10,048 bases of DNA from Chthoniobacteraceae bacterium. GTDB lineage: Bacteria > Verrucomicrobiota > Verrucomicrobiia > Chthoniobacterales > Chthoniobacteraceae. Of the stretch, positions 1-8,395 are shown one piece after another; the first letter of the stretch is position 1, and each line of letters begins with the position of its first letter. A model generated the notes under the pieces. The model ran no database searches. It was not told the DNA's origin and worked only from the letters and a program-made list of their open reading frames with translations. The DNA lies in assembly GCA_031409655.1 (NCBI GenBank), contig JANNXQ010000026.1, forward strand, positions 1 to 10,048, read 5' to 3'. Both the position numbers and the translations under genes were made by a program.

Positions 1-1125
1 ATCCGCGGCGAGACACTCGCGATACCCCCCCAGCACGGACTCGCGCAGCACCGCCGGCAATTCGGACGGCGCGGGTAATCCGTGCGTGATGATGTCAGCG
101 CGGCGCTCCGAGAGAACGGCGAGCGCGCCATCCGCATCGCCCGCATTCACCAGGCTGCTGAGCTGGCGGATGCCGCTGTCTTCGGCAAAGCGCCGATTCT
201 CCCGCAGCTCGACGATGTGGCCCGCCAGCGGCGCGTGGCAGATGTCGCCGAGCACATTCCCCGCTTCCACCGAGGCGAGCTGATCCTTGTCCCCGAGCAG
301 CACCACGCTCGCCGTGGGCGGGATCGCGGCGAAAAGTTTCGCCATCAGCGCGAGGTCCACCATCGAGGCTTCGTCCACGATCACCGCGTCCACGGCCAGG
401 GGCCGATTCGCATCGTGGCGGAAGTACGGCGAGTCCGGAATCGTGCCCAGCAGGCGGTGCAAAGTCGTCGCTTCCTGATCGAGCAACGCGCGACTTTCGG
501 CAAAGCGCGGGTCGGTCTCGAGCGTCCGCTGGATCGACTCTTTCATCCGCGCCGCGGCCTTGCCCGTGGGCGCCGCGAGCATCACGCGCAGCTTCCGATC
601 GCGCGCGGCAAACTGCTCGTGCATCAAGGCCAGCACCGCGACGAGCGTCCAAGTCTTCCCCGTTCCCGGACCGCCGGTGATGACGCTGAAACGACGACGC
701 ACCGCTGTCTCCACAGCCACGCGCTGCCAGTCCTGGGCCTTCGCCGCGTTGCCGAAAAGTCGATCGAGTCCGCTTTGCAAAAGCGCCGCAGCGCAAGGCG
801 CGTCGATTCCGATTCGCGCCCGAATCGCCGCGGCGAGCTGCGTCTCGTATTCCCAATAGCGATGCAGGTAGAGGCGACCACGCGCATCGAGGATCAGCGG
901 CTTGAAGTCACCCGGCGCACCCACGACGCGCGCCGTTCGCAAAGCCTCCGCCTCCGCTTCAAAAGGCACACAAATGTGTCCCGCCGCCCGGCCCGCGCTG
1001 ACGATCCTCGCCGCGCGCTCCAGCACCTCATGCGGCCCGCCGTGCAGGCGCAGCATCAGCGCGGCGAAGTGCGCATCGAGAGGCGTGGTCGGATATTCGT
1101 GCATGGGAAACTTCGTGAAGATCAC
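1..1125 (-). CDS. recD: Exodeoxyribonuclease V alpha subunit (RecD, SF1B helicase); 3' end lies beyond the left window edge
   Basis: Translated by hand; the frame is open from GTG 1125 to base 1 (375 codons). It begins MIFTKFPMHEYPTTPLDAHFAALMLRL and contains RLYLHRYWEYE, Walker A ITGGPGTGKT (~652-681), AAPTGKAAARM, TLHRLLG, Walker B VDEASMVD (~355-378), LLGDKDQLASVEAG and ELRENRRF. The GTG overlaps the recB stop (GTGA, 1122-1125). Alternative start: ATG at 1104. Confidence 0.96.
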   Translation of the reverse strand, partial: MIFTKFPMHEYPTTPLDAHFAALMLRLHGGPHEVLERAARIVSAGRAAGHICVPFEAEAEALRTARVVGAPGDFKPLILDARGRLYLHRYWEYETQLAAAIRARIGIDAPCAAALLQSGLDRLFGNAAKAQDWQRVAVETAVRRRFSVITGGPGTGKTWTLVAVLALMHEQFAARDRKLRVMLAAPTGKAAARMKESIQRTLETDPRFAESRALLDQEATTLHRLLGTIPDSPYFRHDANRPLAVDAVIVDEASMVDLALMAKLFAAIPPTASVVLLGDKDQLASVEAGNVLGDICHAPLAGHIVELRENRRFAEDSGIRQLSSLVNAGDADGALAVLSERRADIITHGLPAPSELPAVLRESVLGGYRECLAAD

Positions 1126-4100
1126 GCCACCGAATCGGAGGCGAAGTACGCGTCGAGCGCTTCGATCCGGGCTCGCGGCGGGCGATCGCGGAAGATGCCG
1201 AGTTCGGGATGCGCGGGATCGACGCCGCGGAGGAAAATGTAGAAGACTCCGCCAAAGTGCTGGTCGTAGTCGTAACGCGCGCCGAGACGCAGCTTCAGGT
1301 AGCGATGCAGAGCCACGGTATAGAGGTGGTACTGGAGTCCGTAGTGCTGCCGCAGCATCGCAGCGCGGAGCGCGGGTTCGCGATAACTCTCGCGATTCGG
1401 GCCGAGGCGGTTCGATTTCCAATCGGCGATGAAAAACCTCCCATCGTGCTCGAAGACGAGATCGATGAAGCCCTTGAGCAAGCCGCTGCGCGGATCAAAC
1501 GACAGCCGCTCGACTCCGGCATCCTGCAAGAGCATGGAAAGCGCGCGCGCCTCCAATTGCTCCACCCGGAAGTAGAACTCCAGTTCCGTCAACCGAGCAT
1601 CCAGCGCCACGGTCCCGAGCTTCAGTCCGGGCGCGAGTTCCACCGCGAGCGTCTGCCGTACGCAATCAGCGACGAGATCACTCCAATCAGCGACGCTGAA
1701 ACCGTGCGCCGCGAGTTGCCGCGTGACCGTCGGCAGGACGGCAGCGGGATTTTTGAAATCGAGGAACTCGAAGACGGCGTGGAGAAAGACGCCCGGTGTT
1801 TTCCCGGCGGGGAAAGCATGGATGCCCGCGGGAGGCGCGCCGCTTTCGACCGCTTCACCGAGCACCGGCGCGCGATCGTAATCCGGCGACTCGCTCTCGC
1901 GATGCTCGGTGAGTGACGTGAAGCTCGAGATGCGCCAGCTCCGATCAATGGTCCGCCGAAATTCACGCGCACCCACCGGCGACGCCTCTCCGATGACAGC
2001 GCGATACGGCGGTCCCTGCGGATCGGGAAAAGGATCGACGGCGATCGCGGCCGGATGGCGGCTCGCCAGCGCGACGATTTCCTCCCGCACCGTCTGCGGC
2101 GTGAGCGAGGCTCCCAGCTCCGTGAGCGCCACGACTGGATCGGCAATCGGCGGCGCGGGACGGTGAAGCAGCCAGTTCCCCGCGGACACATCGACCTTCT
2201 TAAACCGGCCCCAGACAAAATGGCATTCGTGCTTCGCGCGCGTCAGCGCCACGTAGAGCAGCCGCGTCTGCTCCTCGAGTTTCTCGCGCACCGCAGCCAT
2301 TTCACTCGCCTCCGTGCGCGGCCAGTGCAGATCCAGGGTGAGGCCGTAAGTCGCATCGTGGAAACGCGGGCGCTCTTTCTTCCGCAACTCGGCATCGCCC
2401 CAGGCAAAGGGGCAGAAGACGATTTCGTACTCCAGTCCCTTGCTCTTGTGGACGGTCACGATCTTCACCGCATCGTCGTCCCGTTCGAGCCGGAGTTCGT
2501 GTTCCGCCGCGGGTGTGGACTCATCGCCTTGCCGCTCGGCAAACCATTGCAGGAGGCCGGATGGCGCGCGTCGCTGCTCGCACGCCGCCTGGTGCAGCAG
2601 CTCGGCGAGATGCAACAGATTCGTAAGCGCGCGCTCACCATCGGGGCGGCTGAGAAACCGCGGACGCACCCCGCAATCCCGCAGCAGCGTGCGAAACATC
2701 CGCATGAAACCCACCGCGCGCCACAGCTCGTTCCAGCTCTGAAAGCGCAACAGCCAGCGCTCCCACGCACCTTCGTCCACGGCGAGCGCCTCGATCTCGA
2801 GGGCGGTCTGCGCAAAGATCCCCGTGGCGAGCGCCGAGCGGAGGAGCCCGTGTCGTGCTGGCTCCGCGATGGCCGCGAGCAGGATCCGCATTTCGCCTGC
2901 TTCGTCAGAATCGAAGACGCTGCCATCACTCAGCAGGACACTCGGAATGCCGGCCGCGCCGAGAGCATCCCGCACCGCGCGCGCCTGCCGATTGGAAAGC
3001 GTGAGCACGGCGCAATCTCCCGCCGCCAGCGGTTTGCCATTAAGCGTGGCGCGTCCATCGAGGAGGCGCGCGATTTCCGCAGCGATGCGCGCGGGGAGAT
3101 CTTCGGCGGTTGCGGTCTTCGCCAGTGGCTCCGCTGAGTCCGACATCCAGAAGCGGAAAGGCGGACGGCGCACTCCGTCCACGAGCAGCGGCTTTCCATC
3201 CGCGCGGCCCGCGGCACTCACCGGATCGAAGGTGATCCCCGGCAGGATGAAAGAATCGCCGGGGCGCTCGAAGATCGCATTCACCGCTGCGACGAGCGCG
3301 GCGGTGGAACGCTGGTTTGTCGGCAGCCGATTTTTCCAAACGGCTGCCGAAGTCGCAGCGAGGTAGGTGCGTAAGTCAGCGCCGCGGAAGCCGTAGATCG
3401 CCTGCTTTGGATCGCCGATATAATACAGCCACTGCTCGTTGTCCGCGAAGATGCGTCCGAAGATTTCCGACTGCGTCGGATCGGTGTCCTGAAACTCGTC
3501 GATCAGCGCGACCGAGAATTGCGCCCGAAGCTGCCGGACCAGCGCGTCGGCACCAGGGCGCTGGAGCGCCGCGAGCAGGCGCGTGAGCAGATCGTCGAAC
3601 GAGAGGACGTTCCGCGCGGCCATCCGCTTCGGCAGCTCCGCGCGGGCCCACGCGAGGAAGTCCGCCTCGACCGTGGCAACAAAATTTGCGCGCAGCGCGA
3701 CGATGTCCGAGCACCACTGGAAGAACTCGTGCTCAGGCGTGGCCGCCCGCGCCTTCGTGCTGGCTTGGAGCTTCTCGCGGGTGAAGGCGGCGAGCGCTCC
3801 GCAGGCCTCGATCGGCGCGCTGACATCGCTCGCGCACAAGTCCACGAGATCCAGCAAAGGCATCATCACTTCCCGCTTCGCGCAGTCGCTTTTCGCCCAG
3901 GCGTTATCTTCCAGGAAATGTCGGCGCACCGCGTCGCGCCACGCGGGCCATTCGGCGCGGAATCGGGAGGTCATCGCTTCCAGTTCCTCACCGAGTGGCG
4001 CGCGGGCCGCGGCCGAAGGCTCGATGTGCAACTGGGGATGCGCGGTGGTGTCCTTGAGCAGCGCGGCGAGCGCGCCAGGATTCACTCCAGCCAGCGCGAC

Positions 4101-4619
4101 GGCCGCAATAAGCGCCGGTGGGACGGAGTAAAAATGCGTGCGCCAGTAATCCTCGGCCAGCTCCCGGAGGATGGCGCTCGGATCAGCGATGAGTTCGGCA
4201 TTGAAGAGCGCGCCACATTCCAACGCTCGCTCCCGCAGCACTCTTTCGCAGAAGCCGTGGATGGTGTGGATGGCCGCTTGATCGAAGGCGCGCAGGGCAG
4301 CAGCGAGGCGCGGCTCGGCCGCAGGGCGCGCAAACTGCGGGCCCGGCAGCAGCGCGCGGATCAGCGGGTGCTCGCTCTGTCCCGTGCGCACGCCCTCGAG
4401 CGCCAGCCGCAGCAGACTGCGGATGCGTTCGCGCAGTTCGGCGGTGGCGGCGACGGTGTAGGTGGTGACGAGGATTTGCCGAACATCGATCCCCTGCTCG
4501 ACGACGAAGCGCAGGAAAAGTCCGGCGATGGTGTACGTCTTGCCCGTGCCGGCGCTCGCTTCGATGAGCGTCACGCCGGGCCGCAACTCCTCCTTGGCGA
4601 TGGCAAATTCCGGCTTCAA
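1122..4619 (-). CDS. recB: Exodeoxyribonuclease V beta subunit (RecB, SF1A helicase plus C-terminal PD-(D/E)xK nuclease), ~1165 aa
   Basis: Helicase motifs IEASAGTGKT, TYTVAATAELRERI, TIHGFC, LIDEFQDT, IGDPKQAIYGFRGAD, TVHKSKGLEY and RLLYVALTRA. Linker SFTSL. Nuclease motifs GVFLH, ELEF, KGFIDLVF...DWKSN and QYHLY. Start moved from 4718 to the TTG at 4619, which overlaps the recC stop (TTGA) and follows AGGAGGT. Confidence 0.97.
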   Translation of the reverse strand: MKPEFAIAKEELRPGVTLIEASAGTGKTYTIAGLFLRFVVEQGIDVRQILVTTYTVAATAELRERIRSLLRLALEGVRTGQSEHPLIRALLPGPQFARPAAEPRLAAALRAFDQAAIHTIHGFCERVLRERALECGALFNAELIADPSAILRELAEDYWRTHFYSVPPALIAAVALAGVNPGALAALLKDTTAHPQLHIEPSAAARAPLGEELEAMTSRFRAEWPAWRDAVRRHFLEDNAWAKSDCAKREVMMPLLDLVDLCASDVSAPIEACGALAAFTREKLQASTKARAATPEHEFFQWCSDIVALRANFVATVEADFLAWARAELPKRMAARNVLSFDDLLTRLLAALQRPGADALVRQLRAQFSVALIDEFQDTDPTQSEIFGRIFADNEQWLYYIGDPKQAIYGFRGADLRTYLAATSAAVWKNRLPTNQRSTAALVAAVNAIFERPGDSFILPGITFDPVSAAGRADGKPLLVDGVRRPPFRFWMSDSAEPLAKTATAEDLPARIAAEIARLLDGRATLNGKPLAAGDCAVLTLSNRQARAVRDALGAAGIPSVLLSDGSVFDSDEAGEMRILLAAIAEPARHGLLRSALATGIFAQTALEIEALAVDEGAWERWLLRFQSWNELWRAVGFMRMFRTLLRDCGVRPRFLSRPDGERALTNLLHLAELLHQAACEQRRAPSGLLQWFAERQGDESTPAAEHELRLERDDDAVKIVTVHKSKGLEYEIVFCPFAWGDAELRKKERPRFHDATYGLTLDLHWPRTEASEMAAVREKLEEQTRLLYVALTRAKHECHFVWGRFKKVDVSAGNWLLHRPAPPIADPVVALTELGASLTPQTVREEIVALASRHPAAIAVDPFPDPQGPPYRAVIGEASPVGAREFRRTIDRSWRISSFTSLTEHRESESPDYDRAPVLGEAVESGAPPAGIHAFPAGKTPGVFLHAVFEFLDFKNPAAVLPTVTRQLAAHGFSVADWSDLVADCVRQTLAVELAPGLKLGTVALDARLTELEFYFRVEQLEARALSMLLQDAGVERLSFDPRSGLLKGFIDLVFEHDGRFFIADWKSNRLGPNRESYREPALRAAMLRQHYGLQYHLYTVALHRYLKLRLGARYDYDQHFGGVFYIFLRGVDPAHPELGIFRDRPPRARIEALDAYFASDSVA

Positions 4620-7600
4620 GACTCCACCTCCTGGCGCGCGGCAAAAAGTGGCGCGAAGACCCGCTGCGCAATCTCCTGCCAGCGCGCATCCAGCGCCTCG
4701 ACCGCAGGCGGGAAGCAAAGCCGGAACCAGGCGTCCTCACTTTCCCCACGCCCGTAGTCGCCACCGCGCCAGATCACGGCGGCGCTCTTCACCGGATCCG
4801 CGGCTCGACCTTCGCCATTGATCACGCGGCGCGCGAACTCGTGCGAGGTCTCGGGAAAGAGCGGCAGCGGCGCCCGCAATCCTTCACCGTAGAGGGCGAG
4901 CAGATCAGCGAGGATGTCCGGGGCATTTTCCACTGCCGCAAAGCGCCAGGTCACGTCCTTCCCGAAGAGCAAAGTTTCGCGGGGCTCACCTTCCCCGAGT
5001 TGCAGCGCGAGATGATGAATCCAGGCGCGCAGCAGATCCTTCCCCTTCACCGCCGCGGCGCGATGCCGGAGCTGCGCTGCCGGATATAGATCGTGCAGCG
5101 TGCCCGTGAGCCGCCACTCGCCAAGGGTCGCATCGATCGTCCGCGGCGGAAGCGGCGCGCCGGTGACGTGCTGGCGGATGCGCGTGACGACGCCGCTCGC
5201 CGCCCGATTCAGCGCGCCAAAATCGGAATCGCCGGCGTAACCGAACGGCAGCAGCCCGCCCGCGCGGACCACTGGCCGATGGGCTGTGAGCGAGACTCCT
5301 TGCAGGGCGAGTTGCGTGAGTTCTTCGCTCAAGCCGTAGCGCGCGAGGCCGGCGAGGGCGAGAGGCTCGGTTTCTTCGAGCGGCGCGAAGTCTTCCGGCA
5401 GCGCGAGCCGCAGCCGCTTTTGCGCGAAGAACTTTGCCGGATGCGCAAAGAAGTCCGCGAGTTGGGTGATCTCCACGGCGCGCCATTCCGGATCCGGTTC
5501 GCCGAGCGGAGTGGCGGCAAACCTTCCTGCTGCTTCACGCACCGCGCGCCCGCGCTCGCTGGTCCGCGCGTTTTCCGCGGAGTAGCTGAAGAGCCGCGGG
5601 TCGCCGGAAAAGTAGGCGGGACTGAAGGGCTGGAGTCGATGTTCGGTGACGAGGGCCTCGCGGAGCTTGCCGGATTCGCAGGCGTAGTTGGCCTCGAGGT
5701 AGTCGAGAAATTCGCTCACCACCACGGACGGCGGGGACTCGCTGTTGTCGCGCGGCGAGAGGCCGCTGTAGCTGAGGCAGAGGACTTCGCGCGCGGAGAG
5801 GATCGCCTCGAGAAAGAGCGCACGATCGTCATCGCGCTGCGAGCGGTCACCACGGCGCGGCTCCTTCACCATGCGATCGAAGGCCAGCTCGGGATCGCGT
5901 CGGGGGAAGGCGGTGTCGTTCATCCCGAGCAGGCAGATGACTTTGAAGGGAATCGCCCGCATCGGCTTCAGCGCGCAGAAGGTCACGCAGCCCGCGAGGA
6001 ATCCGAGCCCGGAATCGGTGTCGCCGAAGACGCCAGCCAAATGCGCGCGGAGCACCTCGAAGGTGACCGCTTCTCCGAACTCCGCTTCCTGCGCGATGGC
6101 GCTGAGCGCGCCGAACGAATCGCGCAGGCGCCGCACTTCATCCGCGGACTCATCGCCTTCATCGAAGAACGTGCGCAGCAGTTCGCGACATGCGCTTTCC
6201 CACTGCGGCAGCGGACGCGGCACGCTGAGCGCGGGCACCGCCATGAAGAGCGCCTCGGCAAATTCCACGAAGGCTCCGAGCGTGAGCGCGAGCGCGCCTT
6301 CCACCTCGCGTTCCGGCAGCAGACCCTCGAAGAGCGTGCGGCCATCGCCCGGCAGCGCGTAGCCGAGGAGGAGACGTTCGAGTCCCGCGCGCCAGGTGTT
6401 TTCGCGGAAGCGCGGGAGGCCGAAGGATTCCCGGTGCGCTTCGTCGATGCCCCAGCGGATGCCCGTCTGCGCGACCCAGGCGCGGATGACCTCGAGATCA
6501 CTCTCCGTGAGTCCGAAGCGACGGCGGACCGCGGGGCAATCGAGCAGGGCCAGCACAGCCGGCGCGGTGAAGCGGCTCCCGTGCAGATCGAGCAGGCGCA
6601 GGAAAGCATCGGCCACGCTGTTCTCCGTCCGCGCGCTGCGATCGGCGATGGAATACGGAATCGCCAGCCGCTCCTGCTCCGGCGCGCCGAAGATGGCTTC
6701 GACGAAAGGCGCGTAACTTTCCACATCCGGCATCGCGACGAGGATATCGCGCGGCGTGAGCGCGGGATTTTTTTGAAAGAGATCGAGCAACTGATCGTGC
6801 AGGATTTCGACTTCGCGCATCGGGCCGTGACACCGATGGATGCGGATCGACGCGTCCTCGGCGGAGACCGGCGCGGGCTGGTCGTTGGACTCGAGCGGAT
6901 CTTCGGCGGGATTGCGGAGCGCAAAGATGTCGGCCTGCACGCGATCCAGAAGCGCCCCGGATTTTGACGTTGGTTTCCCGGAATAGAATTCCGGGGAACT
7001 CAATGGCTCCAGATCCGCCACTAGGCGGGCGAATTCGCGGCCCATCTTTCCGAAGGACGACAGCAGCGCATTGCCGGTATCGAGATGCAGATCCTCCGCC
7101 GACTCCGTGCGCCCGCGGAGGATGCGATCCTGCTCCCGCGGCGAACGGGTGTCGGCCCAATACTGATCCGTGGGCTCAAGCAGAAAGAGATGCACGTCGA
7201 GGCGCTGCGCGACCGTCTCGATGAGGTGCAGATAGAGCGGCGGCAGGCTCGAGATACCGAAGACTGAGACGCGTTCCGGCAGACCGGGCAAAGGCGTCAC
7301 CGGCGCGTCTTGCAAGCGTTTGAGCAGCGCCGGAGGATGCGCAGCGCGGCGGCCTTTCGCGAGTTCGCGCCAGAGCACGGCCTGCCAGTCTTTCGCGCCG
7401 CGCGCGGCCTGCCACTCGAGGAGCAACTCCGGGCGATACGCGAGATAACGGTCGAAGAGCGCGGCGATCCGCAAGGCGAGCTGATACGCCTTCAGCGCGC
7501 CATTCTCGCCCGCAAGATAGCTCCGCAAGGCCTCCGCATCTTCGGCCTCGACGAACCGCGGCAGCAGCGCCAGCACCCGCCAAGGCAGAAGCTCGCGTTG

Positions 7601-7858
7601 AAAACCCGCCTCCGGCTCGCTCCCCGGAAAGGCCGCGCGGAAAACGTCCTGCGCAAACTTCGCCGGAAAGGGAAACTGCACATTCATCGCCACGCCGTGC
7701 CGCTGCGCGAGTTCCAGCGAGAGCCAGCGCCGCATGCCGAGGCTTTGCACGACCACCACTTCCGGCGTGAGCACCGAGCGCAGCGGCGCGCGCGTCACCG
7801 CGTCGAGCGCCGCAGCCAGCGCCTCGAGCCGATTACTGCGGTGAACGTGGAGAGCCAT
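4616..7858 (-). CDS. recC: Exodeoxyribonuclease V gamma subunit (RecC), 1080 aa
   Basis: RecC signatures HRSNRLEAL, VVQSLGMRRWL, LFDRYLAYRP, VFGISSLPP, CHGPMREVEILHDQL, DILVAMPDVESYAPFVEAIFG, IRWGID, CALKPMRAIPFKVICLLGMND, GDRSQRDDDRALFLEA and HRLQPFS. Directly upstream of recB-recD. Confidence 0.97.
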   Translation of the reverse strand: MALHVHRSNRLEALAAALDAVTRAPLRSVLTPEVVVVQSLGMRRWLSLELAQRHGVAMNVQFPFPAKFAQDVFRAAFPGSEPEAGFQRELLPWRVLALLPRFVEAEDAEALRSYLAGENGALKAYQLALRIAALFDRYLAYRPELLLEWQAARGAKDWQAVLWRELAKGRRAAHPPALLKRLQDAPVTPLPGLPERVSVFGISSLPPLYLHLIETVAQRLDVHLFLLEPTDQYWADTRSPREQDRILRGRTESAEDLHLDTGNALLSSFGKMGREFARLVADLEPLSSPEFYSGKPTSKSGALLDRVQADIFALRNPAEDPLESNDQPAPVSAEDASIRIHRCHGPMREVEILHDQLLDLFQKNPALTPRDILVAMPDVESYAPFVEAIFGAPEQERLAIPYSIADRSARTENSVADAFLRLLDLHGSRFTAPAVLALLDCPAVRRRFGLTESDLEVIRAWVAQTGIRWGIDEAHRESFGLPRFRENTWRAGLERLLLGYALPGDGRTLFEGLLPEREVEGALALTLGAFVEFAEALFMAVPALSVPRPLPQWESACRELLRTFFDEGDESADEVRRLRDSFGALSAIAQEAEFGEAVTFEVLRAHLAGVFGDTDSGLGFLAGCVTFCALKPMRAIPFKVICLLGMNDTAFPRRDPELAFDRMVKEPRRGDRSQRDDDRALFLEAILSAREVLCLSYSGLSPRDNSESPPSVVVSEFLDYLEANYACESGKLREALVTEHRLQPFSPAYFSGDPRLFSYSAENARTSERGRAVREAAGRFAATPLGEPDPEWRAVEITQLADFFAHPAKFFAQKRLRLALPEDFAPLEETEPLALAGLARYGLSEELTQLALQGVSLTAHRPVVRAGGLLPFGYAGDSDFGALNRAASGVVTRIRQHVTGAPLPPRTIDATLGEWRLTGTLHDLYPAAQLRHRAAAVKGKDLLRAWIHHLALQLGEGEPRETLLFGKDVTWRFAAVENAPDILADLLALYGEGLRAPLPLFPETSHEFARRVINGEGRAADPVKSAAVIWRGGDYGRGESEDAWFRLCFPPAVEALDARWQEIAQRVFAPLFAARQEVES
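4626..4632 (-). promoter_or_regulatory. Shine-Dalgarno sequence (AGGAGGT) for recB, inside the last codons of recC
   Basis: The minus strand reads CAGGAGGT-GGAGTC-TTG AAG CCG, with 6 nt between the SD and the TTG. Confidence 0.75.
6977..6995. repeat. Perfect 8-bp inverted repeat with a 3-nt spacer inside recC
   Basis: CCCGGAAT-AGA-ATTCCGGG read directly from the sequence. Function unknown. Confidence 0.5.
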
Positions 7859-7914
7859 CGCGCCGGAGGAATCTGCTACTCGTCCTCTTCACCGAACATT
7901 CTCGACGCCCTCCC

Positions 7915-8388
7915 CTACTTCCCGCCCTGCTCGCGGGAGTAGCCCACTGCCGAAGTGCGGCTCGGGCGCCCGATCTCATTCTTGATCCGGTCCAGCACGC
8001 CATTGATGAAGCCGCCGGACTTCTCGGTCCCAAACTTTTTCGCGACCTCGATCGCTTCATTGATGATGATCACCGGCGCGACTTCCGGACTGTACAGCAG
8101 CTCGAAGATCGCGACGCGCAGGACGTTTCGATCCACCGCCGCGAGACGGCCGAGTTCAAAGTTCACGAGACACGCCGTGATCCGCTTGTCGATCTCCTCA
8201 CGGTGCGCCGCCACGCCCGCGATCAGTTCCTCCGCGAAAGCCTTCACCTTGGCCGCCGACGCGTTCTGCGTCTCGTCCTCGCGCATCTTCCAAAATCCGA
8301 TCGCCAGCTCCGCCGCCGGGGTATCGTTCAGATCGGCCTGAAAGAGAAATTGAATGGCGGCCTCCCGGCCTTCGCGACGTTTGCTCAT
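7915..8388 (-). CDS. nusB: Transcription antitermination factor NusB, 157 aa
   Basis: N-terminal Arg-rich KRREGREAAIQFLFQ, then RLAAVDRNVLRVAIFEL and VIIINEAIEVAKKFG...FINGVLD. Sits 7 bp downstream of ribH, the conserved ribH-nusB order. Confidence 0.96.
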   Translation of the reverse strand: MSKRREGREAAIQFLFQADLNDTPAAELAIGFWKMREDETQNASAAKVKAFAEELIAGVAAHREEIDKRITACLVNFELGRLAAVDRNVLRVAIFELLYSPEVAPVIIINEAIEVAKKFGTEKSGGFINGVLDRIKNEIGRPSRTSAVGYSREQGGK

Positions 8389-8395
8389 GGCGGGT

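Noticed and set aside
95..887. Minus-strand ORFs 95-856 and 624-887
   Set aside because: Alternative frames over recD, whose frame holds all the helicase motifs.
4620..4718. 33-aa N-terminal extension of RecB given in the ORF track
   Set aside because: It lies wholly within recC and has no RecB-like sequence; the TTG at 4619 has a strong SD and a stop/start overlap.
82..6967. Long plus-strand ORFs (82-1242, 1209-1916, 2055-3137, 3519-4757, 5093-6967)
   Set aside because: They lie codon-for-codon antisense to recD, recB and recC, are Arg/His/Gln-rich and carry no recognisable motifs. These are typical shadow ORFs of high-GC genes.
1..7858. Helicase-nuclease cluster as a novel defence system or as AddAB
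   Set aside because: The three subunits have canonical RecC, RecB and RecD motifs and order. Only RecB shows an intact nuclease motif, there is no AddB-type Fe-S cysteine pattern, and no accessory genes are interspersed.
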